This document shows positions 8,097 through 17,826 of a DNA stretch of 45,689 bases, one piece after another; the stretch's first letter is position 1; each line of letters begins with the position of its first letter. A program made the translations under genes and the position numbers. Below the pieces are notes generated by a model. That model ran no database searches. It saw only the letters and a program-made list of their open reading frames with translations, and was not told where the DNA came from. The DNA is taken from the UHGV virus genome UHGV-0116669; one strand, 5' to 3'. Source of the DNA: a virus.

Positions 8097-9516
8097 TTTC
8101 ATGACACCTCCGCACAGCATTGAAGCAGAGCAGAGCGTACTTGGCGGACTCCTGCTGGACGACGACAACAGCGAGCGTACTCAGAAGGTACTTTCGATTC
8201 TCAAGCCAGAATCGTTCTACTCGCGTCAGCACCAGGTCATTTTCGCAGAAATGCGCCAGATGTACCGCGACCATAAGCCGGTTGATCTGCTGACCCTGTT
8301 TGATGCTCTCGATAGCAAGGGGCTGACGGAAACCGTTGGTGGCTTTGCATACCTGGCTGAAATGTCGAAGAACACGCCAAGCGCGGCGAACATCGTGGCA
8401 TATGCGATGCGTGTTCGTGAGACCGCTATGGAGCGCTACGGCATCGAGAAAACAACGAAGGCAATCGAGTTGCTTTATGCCCGCAACGGCATGACAGCGG
8501 AGCAGAAATTTGACGCTATTCAGGGATTATTCACTGAGATAACCGATCACGTAAAAACAGGTCGACGGACAGGGCTTCGCACGTTCTATGACGCTGTAAC
8601 TGACTGGTCGGCGGAATTCGACGAAAGGCTCAAGCCGGATGGTCGTTCCCGCGGGTTGTCGACCGGGATCCGCTCTCTGGATGAGCTTCTCGGTGTGAAG
8701 CGCATTGTGCGCGGCAGCCTGTTTGTTATCGGCGCACGTCCGAAGATGGGTAAAACCACGCTCTATACCCAGATGGGTGTTAACTGCGCGACGGTCGAAA
8801 ATGAGCCTGCCCTGATGTTCTCCCTCGAAATGCCGGAAGGGCAGATGGTGGAGAAAATCACTGCGCAGAAGGGGAGGATCTCTCCAAACCTGTTTTACCC
8901 GGACATGACGAAGGATGACTACGGCTATCGCGGTGACTGGAACGGCGATCTGAAAAAAGCCACCGGCGTGATGGGGGCGCTGATTGACACCAATAACCTC
9001 CTGATTGATGACACCCCGGGTATTTCACTGGCGCATGTCATGGCTGAGTCACGTCGCATCAAGCGCGAACGCGGCAAGGTTGGGATGATCCTCGTTGACT
9101 ACCTGACGCTGATGACTGCCGATAAGGCAGAGCGAAATGACCTGGCTTACGGGCTGATCACCAAAGGCCTCAAGACCCTGGCGAAGGAGCTGGATTGCGT
9201 CGTCGTTCTCCTGACTCAGCTTAACCGCGAGCTTGAGAAGCGAACCAATAAGCGCCCCTTGCCGAGCGACTCCCGCGACACCGGGCAGATTGAACAGGAC
9301 TGCGATTACTGGCTGGCCATATACCGGGAGGGCGCCTACGACGAGAACGCAAACCAGAGTGACACAGAGCTCCTCCTGCGCCTTAACCGGCATGGTGAGA
9401 CAGGTGTTGTCTATTGCGAGCAGCGTCACGGGGCGATTTATGACTGCGATCAGGAGGCTGCCAGTCAGCGCCGGCGCGAGAAAGAGGAAAAACCAACCAA
9501 ACGGGGTGGATTCTGA
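8086..9516 (+). CDS. DnaB-family replicative DNA helicase
   Basis: IEAEQSVLGGLL N-terminus, Walker A GARPKMGKTT, DnaB C-terminal domain; start chosen at ATG 8086 (GAGGGGG RBS); the track ORF begins at 8053. Confidence 0.85.
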   Translation: MTSDFMTPPHSIEAEQSVLGGLLLDDDNSERTQKVLSILKPESFYSRQHQVIFAEMRQMYRDHKPVDLLTLFDALDSKGLTETVGGFAYLAEMSKNTPSAANIVAYAMRVRETAMERYGIEKTTKAIELLYARNGMTAEQKFDAIQGLFTEITDHVKTGRRTGLRTFYDAVTDWSAEFDERLKPDGRSRGLSTGIRSLDELLGVKRIVRGSLFVIGARPKMGKTTLYTQMGVNCATVENEPALMFSLEMPEGQMVEKITAQKGRISPNLFYPDMTKDDYGYRGDWNGDLKKATGVMGALIDTNNLLIDDTPGISLAHVMAESRRIKRERGKVGMILVDYLTLMTADKAERNDLAYGLITKGLKTLAKELDCVVVLLTQLNRELEKRTNKRPLPSDSRDTGQIEQDCDYWLAIYREGAYDENANQSDTELLLRLNRHGETGVVYCEQRHGAIYDCDQEAASQRRREKEEKPTKRGGF

Positions 9517-9818
9517 TGAAAAAGAACTCGGGCAAACAAGCCGTAATCAATTACGTCGGCCAGCACCCTGGCTGCAGCTTTCAGGATATCCGCCGCGGTA
9601 CCGGGCTTGACTCTTCAGTGGTCAATTCCTCCCTGTGGCAGATGCACCGTGACGGACAGGTTAAGCGTGAGGGTGAGTGCAGGAGCTACCGCTACACCCT
9701 GATCGACACGACAGCCGTAACCGAAAGCGATCCGTCTGTTCAGTATCGCCAGCGTCCTGACGGCGCAAACCCAATGACCAAACTGTTTAACTATTGCCTG
9801 GCGGGAGTAAGAAAATGA
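9516..9818 (+). CDS. hypothetical protein, possible winged-helix DNA binding
   Basis: 100-aa ORF, ATGA overlap with the dnaB stop. Confidence 0.35.
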   Translation: MKKNSGKQAVINYVGQHPGCSFQDIRRGTGLDSSVVNSSLWQMHRDGQVKREGECRSYRYTLIDTTAVTESDPSVQYRQRPDGANPMTKLFNYCLAGVRK

Positions 9819-10303
9819 ATATCAAAACAGTAAAAGAGCTCATTCAGTCGCTGGAGTCTGCGGGCGAGCCGTCGATCAGAGAGCAGAAGTTCCTGAAGCT
9901 GGCGAAAGAGTTCAGCATTTGCAGCGCTTCACTGGATGCCGCCATAAAAACCGGGAATGTGCTGGCAGACCAAAATGCTCAGCTGGCTGCGGAGAATGTG
10001 GCGCTGAAGAATGCTTTTGGCCCCGGCGATTCAGTGCTGAATTTTCTCACTATCGCATTACGCCACACAACGTATGACAGGATTGACCTTGATGACGTCA
10101 CGCTGGCTTTCAAAATGTCACTGCCGGAAACCCCCGCCACCGATCGCATCGTAGCCGGGATTAAGGCTGATGGGGCTAAAGCTGCCGGTGATTATCTGAA
10201 ACTGGAAGCACAGCACATGCCAGTGGTTGAACGCCTGATGATGCAGGATGCGGCTGAAATTTGCTACGGGACTGCCGCAATACTGCGCGAGGGGGCCAAA
10301 TGA
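9815..10303 (+). CDS. hypothetical phage protein
   Basis: Start moved to the internal ATG with GGAGTAAGAAA RBS (MNIKTVKEL...). Confidence 0.35.
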   Translation: MNIKTVKELIQSLESAGEPSIREQKFLKLAKEFSICSASLDAAIKTGNVLADQNAQLAAENVALKNAFGPGDSVLNFLTIALRHTTYDRIDLDDVTLAFKMSLPETPATDRIVAGIKADGAKAAGDYLKLEAQHMPVVERLMMQDAAEICYGTAAILREGAK

Positions 10304-10782
10304 CCGAGCAAACCATTCTAGACATGTGCTGTGGCTCCCGCATGTTCTGGTTCGACAAACAGGACCCGCGTGCAGTGTTCGCCGACATTCGCTCCGAGCA
10401 GCACACCCTGTGCGACGGGCGCAGACTGGTTATCAGCCCGGACATTATCGCCGACTTCCGCGCGCTGCCGTTCGCTGAAGCCTCTTTCCCCATTGTCGTG
10501 TTTGACCCGCCGCATCTTGAACGAGTAGGCGAAAACGCCTGGATGGGTAAGAAATACGGTCGCCTAAACAAAGACACCTGGCGCGATGACCTGCGTGCTG
10601 GGTTTAAAGAGGCATTTCGCGTACTGCGGCCACACGGCGTTCTTATCTTCAAATGGAACGAAACCCAGATACCGGTGAGCCAGATTCTGGCGCTCACTGA
10701 CGAGAAGCCGGCTATCTGGCAACGCACAGGGAAAGCGGACAAAACGCACTGGGTCATTTTCGTGAAAGGAGCGACAGCATGA
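10300..10782 (+). CDS. small SAM-dependent DNA methyltransferase (DPPH motif, N6A/N4C type)
   Basis: ILDMCCGSRMFWFD (motif I-like) and VVFDPPH (motif IV); ATGA overlap with the upstream stop. Confidence 0.5.
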   Translation: MTEQTILDMCCGSRMFWFDKQDPRAVFADIRSEQHTLCDGRRLVISPDIIADFRALPFAEASFPIVVFDPPHLERVGENAWMGKKYGRLNKDTWRDDLRAGFKEAFRVLRPHGVLIFKWNETQIPVSQILALTDEKPAIWQRTGKADKTHWVIFVKGATA

Positions 10783-11210
10783 CTGATATCACCGAACTGG
10801 CGCAGAGGTTAAAACTTGAGGTCCATCGCGCGGTAAGCGATTTCAATCCTCAGATGAATATTAAAACCAGAGACCTAAAGGAGCTGGTAGAGGCGCTGGA
10901 GAAGGCGCAGGGGATGGAAGCCCACTGGAAAACTCAATGCCGTGGGATAGCGGACCACTGCGAGGAGTTGCAGGTGCGCATCGCTGAGCTGGAAGAAAGC
11001 AACGCTCAGGTCATCCAGTCACGCGACCACTACAAACGCATGACCGAGGAAGGGTTAAAGCAGTTGGCGGAGGCCCGCACCGTGAAGCTGCCAGACTTAA
11101 GGCAGATTGTATCTGGGGACAGATATGTCTGGTCTGATGGTGTTTATAACTACAGCCAGGACGTAAAGGTAGTGCTGGCCGCCGCTGGCATCAAGGTGGA
11201 GGCTGAGTGA
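10779..11210 (+). CDS. hypothetical coiled-coil phage protein
   Basis: 143-aa ORF, coupled. Confidence 0.4.
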   Translation: MTDITELAQRLKLEVHRAVSDFNPQMNIKTRDLKELVEALEKAQGMEAHWKTQCRGIADHCEELQVRIAELEESNAQVIQSRDHYKRMTEEGLKQLAEARTVKLPDLRQIVSGDRYVWSDGVYNYSQDVKVVLAAAGIKVEAE

Positions 11211-11503
11211 TGTGGAGAGGAACCGATCGCACCAGAAGCCAGATGATACTGACCGAGTATCGCTACGACCCTAAAGCTAAAGACTCCAAATCCGTTTACC
11301 TGGTGCGGCATAACAGCCGCATTCATCAGACTGTTCTAGAGCAGCATTTGACGATAGAGCGCGATAGTTTCGGTCGTTTCATACCGACTATCGAACTGAA
11401 AGACTTTCCGGAAGGACTTAGCGACCGCGAGTCGATGCTCAAACTTGCCGACTGGCTGCACCGTTTAGGTGTGGCTATCGAGGATAACTGGAGTCAACCA
11501 TGA
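11207..11503 (+). CDS. hypothetical phage protein
   Basis: 98-aa ORF, coupled. Confidence 0.35.
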   Translation: MMWRGTDRTRSQMILTEYRYDPKAKDSKSVYLVRHNSRIHQTVLEQHLTIERDSFGRFIPTIELKDFPEGLSDRESMLKLADWLHRLGVAIEDNWSQP

Positions 11504-12147
11504 CCAAATCAACCATAACCAGAGAGCGCATTCAGCGAATTATCCGAGCCATTAATAGCGAAGCTTATGACGAGGAAGAAATCAGAGAGTGGTTAAGTTC
11601 TGATGAAATCATGGAGCTTTCCCGCATGGCGCTGGCTGCAATGGACGGCGAGCCGGATTGTAATGAGCGAAATCTTTTCTGTTCAACCGATACAGCGAGG
11701 ATGAGGAAGGTAATCTCTGTCTCTGCTGGGATCGAGGGTGCGCCGCTCTATCGCCACGCGCAGCCAGCGCTGGTAATTCCTGACGAGATGACAGCAGAGC
11801 AGGCATATGAAATAGGATATTACTATGGAGACCCGGTAAACGTGTTTGCACGAGGAGCTAACTGGATGCGTCAGCATATCATTGACTCCACATTGGCAGC
11901 CGCCCCGCAGTCACCCGGCAGTGACCCTGCCACCGTGCCGGGTAAATGGATTCCGGTAAGCGAGCGTATTCCTGATAATACTGAGCCTGTTCTTTGTATT
12001 GAAAAACGTGCTGATTTTGGTACTTACGGACAACCATTCGTTTGTTGGCATGATGGAGGTGGATGGGTTGGAAAAACAAATTACCGTCCAATCGTAACCC
12101 ACTGGATGCCGCTGCCAGCCGCCCCGCAGGGGGTGATACATGGCTGA
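11500..12147 (+). CDS. DUF551-domain protein
   Basis: C-terminal ...KTNYRPIVTHWMPLPAAPQ is the classic DUF551 signature. Confidence 0.5.
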   Translation: MTKSTITRERIQRIIRAINSEAYDEEEIREWLSSDEIMELSRMALAAMDGEPDCNERNLFCSTDTARMRKVISVSAGIEGAPLYRHAQPALVIPDEMTAEQAYEIGYYYGDPVNVFARGANWMRQHIIDSTLAAAPQSPGSDPATVPGKWIPVSERIPDNTEPVLCIEKRADFGTYGQPFVCWHDGGGWVGKTNYRPIVTHWMPLPAAPQGVIHG

Positions 12148-12445
12148 GTTACGCGCAGGTGGGCTGGCATTAGTGCTGGCTTCGGAAAACCAGAATGAAG
12201 TTGGCAAAACCGTTACGTTGGTTCGTGTTGTATCAAGCGGGGAATATCACAAATTCCCTGACGGCTGCAGATACACCATGATAGAGCCTGGGCAGCAGAT
12301 ATGGGTTGTATCAGGCGACGTTTCGATTTACACGAGCAAGCCATCGGGAGGTATGTCAATTTTCCCAGCCAAAAGCCTCATGCCAATCGACGGCGACGAC
12401 TTCAGCAATGAAGACGAGCGCCAGAAGGAGCGGGAGCATGCCTAA
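12140..12445 (+). CDS. hypothetical phage protein
   Basis: 101-aa ORF. Confidence 0.35.
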   Translation: MAELRAGGLALVLASENQNEVGKTVTLVRVVSSGEYHKFPDGCRYTMIEPGQQIWVVSGDVSIYTSKPSGGMSIFPAKSLMPIDGDDFSNEDERQKEREHA

Positions 12446-12484
12446 ATCCCCCGCAGAACGAAAAGCCTTCAGCTGAAATCAAAC

Positions 12485-12510
12485 CCCTCTCCGGAGGGGT
12501 TTTATCGTAT
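12485..12510 (+). terminator. rho-independent terminator (AAACCCCTCTCCGGAGGGGTTTTAT)
   Basis: GC stem plus T-run after the 12140-12445 ORF. Confidence 0.55.
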
Positions 12511-12697
12511 ATGCTCATTTTGCTTTTATCCCCGTAACGGGCGATAATTACCTGGTCAGCCTGAGCAACTGACGACTTACTTCCGGCGCCAAGTGGGGAC
12601 ACATGGCGCACAAAACCGTACAGCAAAACCTGTCACCGATGGCGAAAGCCACCGGCGATTTTCTGCATTCAGCGTTTGACCCCTCCGGAGGTGAAGC

Positions 12698-13153
12698 GTG
12701 AACATCCCTCAATGCGGCATAAAGCTGCACAGCGGCAACTTCAGCGCTATAGGCAAGATTCTTCAGGAGCAGCTCTCTTATGGGAAATGCCTGCGCCTGC
12801 AGGTCAAAGAGTGGCGAGAAAAGCGCAGCCTGAGCCAGAACGCACTTAGTCACATGTGGTACGCGGAAATCAGCGAATACCTGATTAACTCCGGACGTCC
12901 CGACGCAACTCCTGAGTGGGTTAAGCGCAACCTCAAAAAGACCTATCTCGGCTGCGAAGAGGTGACATACACCGACTTCATCACCGGTGAGAAAACAATG
13001 ACCTGGGAGCCCCGGCATACCTCCGATCTTGATACCGGCGAAATGCACATCTTCCTGACCAAAGTAGAGGCCTGGTGCGCTCAGTTTGGTCTGACTCTCA
13101 CCATTCCACACGGTTGCGAATATCAGCAGCTGCAGCAAAAGCAGGAGGCCTGA
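12698..13153 (+). CDS. ninB: NinB-family recombination protein
   Basis: GTG start with [28 protein letters not shown] parallels the lambda NinB core. Confidence 0.6.
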   Translation: MNIPQCGIKLHSGNFSAIGKILQEQLSYGKCLRLQVKEWREKRSLSQNALSHMWYAEISEYLINSGRPDATPEWVKRNLKKTYLGCEEVTYTDFITGEKTMTWEPRHTSDLDTGEMHIFLTKVEAWCAQFGLTLTIPHGCEYQQLQQKQEA

Positions 13154-13320
13154 TGAGCAGCCTTCTCGCCAAAGTAATGGATCGCGGTATTTTCCGCGTG
13201 CCGGCGCGCCGCAAGCGCAAGGTCGAAGTTAAGCCTTCAGACATCCCCACCTTTCACTATACGGCTCACCTGGCGGATGTCCGCTGGCTGCGCCGCGCTG
13301 CCAGAAGGAAAATTGCATGA
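13153..13320 (+). CDS. ninE: NinE-like protein
   Basis: 55 aa; [23 protein letters not shown] parallels lambda NinE (FNYTAHLWDIRWLRRRARK); ATG overlaps the ninB stop. Confidence 0.55.
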   Translation: MSSLLAKVMDRGIFRVPARRKRKVEVKPSDIPTFHYTAHLADVRWLRRAARRKIA

Positions 13321-13985
13321 GCCTCTACCGAAGCATTAATGGTGCTATCTGGCGCAACATCTGGGTTGTTGGCGATCTGCATGGGTGCCATACGCTGCTG
13401 ATGAACGAGCTGGAGAGGGTCAGTTTTGACCCATTGTGTGACCTGCTGATTTCAGTAGGTGACCTTATCGATCGCGGGGCGGAAAACGTCGAATGCCTTG
13501 AGCTAATCACAATGCCCTGGTTCATGGCTGTTCGCGGAAACCATGAGCAGATGATGCTCGACGGACTATCCTCCTCCGGGAACGTGAATCACTGGCTCGC
13601 TAACGGTGGCGGATGGTTTTTTAATCTTGACTACGACAAAGCACGCCGGACTACTGCGTTGGCCGATTTGGTTGCTGGTTTGCCACTCATCATCGAGGTA
13701 ATGACCGAGGGTAAGACGGTGGTGGTCTGCCATGCTGATTATCCTCATAACGAATATGCGTATGGCAGGCCCGTCGATGCAGAACAGGTGATCTGGAATC
13801 GTGAGCGAGTGAGCGCGGCTCAGGATGGGATTGTGAATGAAATATCCGGTGCAGACCTGTTTATTTTTGGTCACACCCCGGCACATCAGCCAAGCCAGTA
13901 TGCTAATCAGATGTATATCGATACCGGGGCTGTATTCTGCGGCCGCCTGACCTTGGTGCAGATCCAGGGTGGTGAGCATGCGTAA
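13317..13985 (+). CDS. lambda-type Ser/Thr protein phosphatase (NinI/ORF221-like)
   Basis: GDLHGC, GDLIDRG and RGNHE metallophosphatase motifs. Confidence 0.85.
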   Translation: MSLYRSINGAIWRNIWVVGDLHGCHTLLMNELERVSFDPLCDLLISVGDLIDRGAENVECLELITMPWFMAVRGNHEQMMLDGLSSSGNVNHWLANGGGWFFNLDYDKARRTTALADLVAGLPLIIEVMTEGKTVVVCHADYPHNEYAYGRPVDAEQVIWNRERVSAAQDGIVNEISGADLFIFGHTPAHQPSQYANQMYIDTGAVFCGRLTLVQIQGGEHA

Positions 13986-14583
13986 ACCAGCACGTCGTAA
14001 ATGCGCCCACTGCCGCGAATGGTTCCATCCTGCCCGGGAAGGGCAGGTGGTATGCAGTTTTGAATGCGCCAGCGCGATCGGCAAAAAACAGACAGCAAAA
14101 GCCCGTGAAGCGGCGAAAGCCAAGGCGGTGAAGCGCCAGCGCGCCGAAGAAAAGGAAGGACGCCAACGGCGTGCTGCACGTCGAAGTGAGCTGAAGCCAA
14201 TTCGCTACTGGGTCCAGATGACTCAGCGTGCTTTCAACGACTGGCGGCGCGAAATGCTGTTGGCTGCCGGGCATGGATGTATCTCCTGCGGGACAAAAAC
14301 CGCTTTTGCGTGGCATGCCGGTCACTACCGCACCACCGCCGCCGCTCCACAGCTTCGCTTTAACCCGGACAATATCTGGCTCCAATGCTCCGCCTGCAAC
14401 GTTCACAAATCCGGGAACATTGAGGCATACCGCGCCGCCCTGGTCGAACTAATCGGCGAAGAGCGCGTGCTGGCGCTGGAATCCAACAACGAAACCCACC
14501 GATACACCCGAGAAGAGCTCGATGGCATCCGCGCCAAGGCCCGGGCAGACCTTCGCGCGCTGGAACAGCAGGAGGCAGCATGA
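13978..14583 (+). CDS. ninG: NinG/Rap-like recombination protein
   Basis: Cys-rich N-terminus, basic region, position after the phosphatase; ATG 13978 overlaps the upstream stop. Confidence 0.6.
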   Translation: MRKPARRKCAHCREWFHPAREGQVVCSFECASAIGKKQTAKAREAAKAKAVKRQRAEEKEGRQRRAARRSELKPIRYWVQMTQRAFNDWRREMLLAAGHGCISCGTKTAFAWHAGHYRTTAAAPQLRFNPDNIWLQCSACNVHKSGNIEAYRAALVELIGEERVLALESNNETHRYTREELDGIRAKARADLRALEQQEAA

Positions 14584-14963
14584 GCACAGAAACCGAAATA
14601 GAGCTGGGCAAGGTTGTCGCGTTCCCGACGAAGAATAACGACCTACAGGACGGGCTGGTTATTCAGCGCGAAGGGCAGAAGGTTATGTGCCTGCACTCCA
14701 CTGTTTGGGTGAACGAAAAAGACCGGACTTTACGCTGCCGGAAGTGCGAAACATTGATCGAGCCTTTTGACTTCCTTATGACGCTCTGCGACCAGGAGTC
14801 TCGCTACATGGAGAGCGTGAAATATCTCCGCCGGGAAGAAAAGCAGCGCCGTCAGAATATCGAGAAGCTCATTCAGATTGAGAAGAACGCCAAGTCCCGA
14901 ATTCGCCGTGCCGGGGATAAGTCTCCACTTCCTCTCTGGCAGAACGAGAGGGTTGACGAATGA
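14580..14963 (+). CDS. hypothetical phage protein
   Basis: 127-aa ORF, coupled. Confidence 0.4.
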   Translation: MSTETEIELGKVVAFPTKNNDLQDGLVIQREGQKVMCLHSTVWVNEKDRTLRCRKCETLIEPFDFLMTLCDQESRYMESVKYLRREEKQRRQNIEKLIQIEKNAKSRIRRAGDKSPLPLWQNERVDE

Positions 14964-15100
14964 GCCGTGAAATTATCAAACGCATCCGCGACCGCTGGCA
15001 AAAGCTTCGCCTCCTGCGTAGCCGCGGCACCGTACTGGTTGACTACCGCATACTGAGAAATTTCGTTCGCATCTATCAGACCCTGGGAGAGACAGCATGA
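14960..15100 (+). CDS. small basic protein (46 aa)
   Basis: ATGA overlaps at both ends (14960 and 15097); MSREIIKRIRDRWQKLRLLRSRG... Confidence 0.3.
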   Translation: MSREIIKRIRDRWQKLRLLRSRGTVLVDYRILRNFVRIYQTLGETA

Positions 15101-15786
15101 CAGCTCAATACTTGGAATTCGTTCGCCAGCAGCTGATAGTGGCCACCGCCGATCTGAGCGGCGCGACGAAAGGGCAACTGGTAGCCTTTGCAGAAAATGC
15201 ACAATTCACCGCTACGGCGCGCAGCCGGGGTAGGAAGAAAGTAGCCGACCCGGTAACCGGCCGCATGGTAAACCCATCCAGCCCGCCAATCCCCGGGCAG
15301 CAGTCCCGCGCAAAAGGTTCATCAATCGCTCTCGTTCTGCCCGTTGAGTATTCGACGGCAAGCTGGCGCCGGGCTCTGCTGTCGCTGGAAGAGCACCAGA
15401 AAGCGTGGCTGCTGTGGAACTACAGCGACAATATCCGCTGGGAGCACCAGGAGACGATCACCCGGTGGGCATGGGAGCAAATCAGCGAGAAGCTGGCTGG
15501 CGTACGCATTGCGAAGAAGACTGTCGATCGCCTTCGTCAACTTATCTGGCTGGCCGCGCAGGATGTCAAAGCCGAGCTGGCAGGGCGGGAGACGTATGAA
15601 TACCAAAAACTTGCCGCTCTGGTCGGAGTGACCCCGAAGAACTGGTCAGAAACGTTTACGGAGCGGTGGGAGGAGATGAAAGTCACCTTGCGGAGCCTTG
15701 ATAGCGATTCTCTTTTGCAGGTTACGCGATCACGTTCACAACAAAAGGCGACAAATTTTGACTCAAGTATTGCAAAACTGGATTAA
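15097..15786 (+). CDS. Q: late-gene antiterminator Q-like protein
   Basis: Position between the nin region and pR'/lysis; conserved WLLWNYSD region typical of Q-like antiterminators. Confidence 0.5.
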   Translation: MTAQYLEFVRQQLIVATADLSGATKGQLVAFAENAQFTATARSRGRKKVADPVTGRMVNPSSPPIPGQQSRAKGSSIALVLPVEYSTASWRRALLSLEEHQKAWLLWNYSDNIRWEHQETITRWAWEQISEKLAGVRIAKKTVDRLRQLIWLAAQDVKAELAGRETYEYQKLAALVGVTPKNWSETFTERWEEMKVTLRSLDSDSLLQVTRSRSQQKATNFDSSIAKLD

Positions 15787-15798
15787 ATGCGTCATATT
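15770..15798 (+). promoter_or_regulatory. candidate late promoter pR' (TTGCAA-17-CATATT), overlapping the 3' end of Q
   Basis: Hexamers and spacing; an alternative -35 TTGACT lies at 15758-15763. Confidence 0.35.
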
Positions 15799-15875
15799 TG
15801 AGTCTACTTTGATATGCTGCCTTAACTTTAAGTGGCGGCATGAAGATGATAGTCACATACCAGTTTGTAAAATTA

Positions 15876-15902
15876 GCCTCGGCATCCCGCCGGGGCTTTT
15901 TT
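15876..15902 (+). terminator. candidate tR'-like terminator (GCCTCGGC-ATCCC-GCCGGGGC plus T6)
   Basis: GC-rich hairpin followed by TTTTTT, about 100 nt downstream of the candidate pR'. Confidence 0.45.
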
Positions 15903-15989
15903 ATGCCTGCGATCCGGTCAGGGCTCTTGGGTAGAGACGTGCTGCACGACACGTTGAAACCCTACACGCGCAGAGCCCTGAACCAGATT

Positions 15990-16065
15990 GCTGGTTTAGC
16001 TCAGCAGGTAGAGCGCCTGCCTTGTAAGCAGGATGTCGGCGGTTCGATTCCGTCAACCAGCACCA
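15990..16065 (+). tRNA. tRNA-Thr (anticodon UGU)
   Basis: Cloverleaf folded by hand: acceptor GCTGGTT/AACCAGC, D-arm GCTC/GAGC, anticodon stem CCTGC/GCAGG with loop CTTGTAA, T-arm GGCGG-TTCGATT-CCGTC, encoded CCA. Confidence 0.8.
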
Positions 16066-16070
16066 ATTCA

Positions 16071-16147
16071 GCGCCATTAGCTCAACCGGAGAGAGCAATA
16101 GCCTTCTAAGCTATCGGTTTCAGGTTCGAGTCCTGAATGGTGCGCCA
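16071..16147 (+). tRNA. tRNA-Arg (anticodon UCU)
   Basis: Acceptor GCGCCAT/ATGGTGC (one G-U pair), anticodon stem ATAGC/GCTAT with loop CTTCTAA, T-arm TCAGG-TTCGAGT-CCTGA, encoded CCA. Confidence 0.8.
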
Positions 16148-16285
16148 GATAATGGCCTGACCTGATGACGGGCTCATAATCCAATCCATCGGGGCGTTGT
16201 TGCCGCAACGCAACAGGCCACCATATCCCTCTACCTTGGGACCATTACGGCTACCGCGCCGTCGCTTTTACCCTTGGTATTTCTT

Positions 16286-16307
16286 CCCGCCTTGAGCGGG
16301 TTTTTTA
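16286..16307 (+). terminator. rho-independent terminator (CCCGC-CTTGA-GCGGG plus T6) between the tRNAs and the lysis cassette
   Basis: Hairpin plus T-run. Confidence 0.5.
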
Positions 16308-16430
16308 TTGAGCATGCCCAGGCCCTCGGGAATCATCCCCGACGTGCTTTGTTGATAAATCAGCCCGCAGGGTCTGGGCCTCTTTTCCCCTTTACGCACA
16401 GCGCCATCCGTCATCAACGGAGGTGAGGTT

Positions 16431-16700
16431 ATGACAAAAATGAGCACCATTTACAGCAGACTTTCATACGGCACCGGGACCGCACTGACGGGCTGCGGTG
16501 TCTCAGCAAAGGCGTATGCCGGGGCAGTTAAGGCAGAGGTATGGATTTTGGCCGACAAAATAGCGGGGATGACCCTGAGTGACTGGGCAATTATTGTCGG
16601 TATCGCCTGCACCATTACCACCTGTGGGGTGAACTGGTACTACCGGCGGAAAGAACGTGAGGATCGGCTCAATGGCTATGACACCAAAACTGAGGAATAG
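16431..16700 (+). CDS. class II pinholin-type holin (phage 21 S-like) with a dual-start motif
   Basis: MTKMSTIY gives M1 and M4 separated by a Lys (antiholin/holin dual start); Gly/Ala-rich first TM segment (SAR-like) plus a second TM segment; pattern resembles S21. Confidence 0.65.
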   Translation: MTKMSTIYSRLSYGTGTALTGCGVSAKAYAGAVKAEVWILADKIAGMTLSDWAIIVGIACTITTCGVNWYYRRKEREDRLNGYDTKTEE

Positions 16701-17244
16701 CGTTATCGCTGCCGTCGGCGGTGGCGCCATAGCCATTGCTTCTGCGCTCATCACTGGGCCAACTGGTAACGATGGTCTTGAAGGTGTGCGGTACGATCCC
16801 TATCAGGATGTGGTAGGTGTCTGGACCGTCTGCTATGGCCACACTGGCAAAGACATCATGCTCAGCAAGAAGTACACCGAGGCTGAATGCCGTGCGCTGC
16901 TCAGTAAAGACCTGAACACCGTTGCCCGCCAGATTGACCCATACATCCAGAAGCCGATCCCCGAAACAATGCGTGGGGCGCTTTACTCATTCGCGTATAA
17001 CGTTGGCGCTGGCAACTTCCAGACCTCCACACTGCTGCGCAAAATCAACCAGGGCGACCAGAAAGGTGCATGTGATCAGCTGCGCCGCTGGACCTACGCC
17101 AAGGGTAAGCAGTGGAAAGGTCTGGTAACTCGCCGCGAGATTGAGCGCGAAGTTTGTCTGTGGGGTGAAAAACCTCAGAAAGCAGATGATGGGTTTGGTC
17201 CATTAAATCCCGGCGTGCCGCCATCTGCTCCTGGAGTGTTCTAA
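16672..17244 (+). CDS. SAR endolysin (T4-lysozyme fold, phage 21 R-like)
   Basis: N-terminal signal-anchor-release domain [19 protein letters not shown], then GLEGVRY...[18 protein letters not shown], very close to phage 21 endolysin; start overlaps the holin 3' end. Confidence 0.85.
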   Translation: MAMTPKLRNSVIAAVGGGAIAIASALITGPTGNDGLEGVRYDPYQDVVGVWTVCYGHTGKDIMLSKKYTEAECRALLSKDLNTVARQIDPYIQKPIPETMRGALYSFAYNVGAGNFQTSTLLRKINQGDQKGACDQLRRWTYAKGKQWKGLVTRREIEREVCLWGEKPQKADDGFGPLNPGVPPSAPGVF

Positions 17245-17633
17245 TGAGCCGATTAACCGCCATTATCAGCGCCATTGTGATCTGCCTTGTTGTTTGCCTT
17301 GGGTGGCTGGCAATGCATTACCGCAACGCTGCTGCTGAGCAGAAAACCCGAGCCGATGGCGCCGAGCAGCAGGTAAACGCAGCTCAGGCGATCACATCCA
17401 ACGTTCTGACCACCATGACCATCTTCAACACCATCGCCGAGGCCAATCAGCATGCAAAAGAGCAGATCGCACTGGACGCATCGGGAGCCTCGGCTGATAT
17501 CCGGGTTGCTGTTGCGAATGATGATTGCACTAATCGGCCTGTGCCTGCTGGCGCAGTTAAGCGGCTGCAACAATTCGCGAACGGTCTACGTCAAGGTGCC
17601 GGTGGTCCCGTTACCAGCCAGCCTGACGGCTGA
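17244..17633 (+). CDS. i-spanin (Rz-like)
   Basis: N-terminal TM segment LTAIISAIVICLVVCLGWLAM, then a coiled-coil periplasmic region; ATGA overlap with the endolysin stop. Confidence 0.65.
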   Translation: MSRLTAIISAIVICLVVCLGWLAMHYRNAAAEQKTRADGAEQQVNAAQAITSNVLTTMTIFNTIAEANQHAKEQIALDASGASADIRVAVANDDCTNRPVPAGAVKRLQQFANGLRQGAGGPVTSQPDG

Positions 17634-17769
17634 CACCCCGCAACCGGAAATCCCTGACAACCTGACGTGGGGCCAGAGCCTGGATTTAAACGTCAGCCTG
17701 CTATCAGCGTTGGGGCAGTGCAACCGGGATAAGGCTGATATCAGGCAAGCAGAATCAAAACGTCAGTAG
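17518..17769 (+). CDS. o-spanin (Rz1-like lipoprotein), embedded out of frame in Rz and extending past it
   Basis: Lipobox LAQLSG-C; Pro-rich mature region; overlapped spanin architecture; an alternative upstream start at 17452. Confidence 0.55.
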   Translation: MMIALIGLCLLAQLSGCNNSRTVYVKVPVVPLPASLTADTPQPEIPDNLTWGQSLDLNVSLLSALGQCNRDKADIRQAESKRQ

Positions 17770-17826
17770 GGCATTACAGAGCCACTTCCAGAGGTGGCTC
17801 GATAATGTCACAACGAGGTAAGCCAT

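Noticed and set aside
15840-16109. 89-aa plus-strand ORF and 65-aa minus-strand ORF overlapping the two tRNA genes
   Set aside because: The sequence folds into two canonical tRNAs. The ORFs are incidental.
17762-17790. Hairpin GAGCCAC-TTCCAGAG-GTGGCTC after Rz1 as a terminator
   Set aside because: It is not followed by a T-run. It may be a structured element, but it is not a convincing intrinsic terminator.
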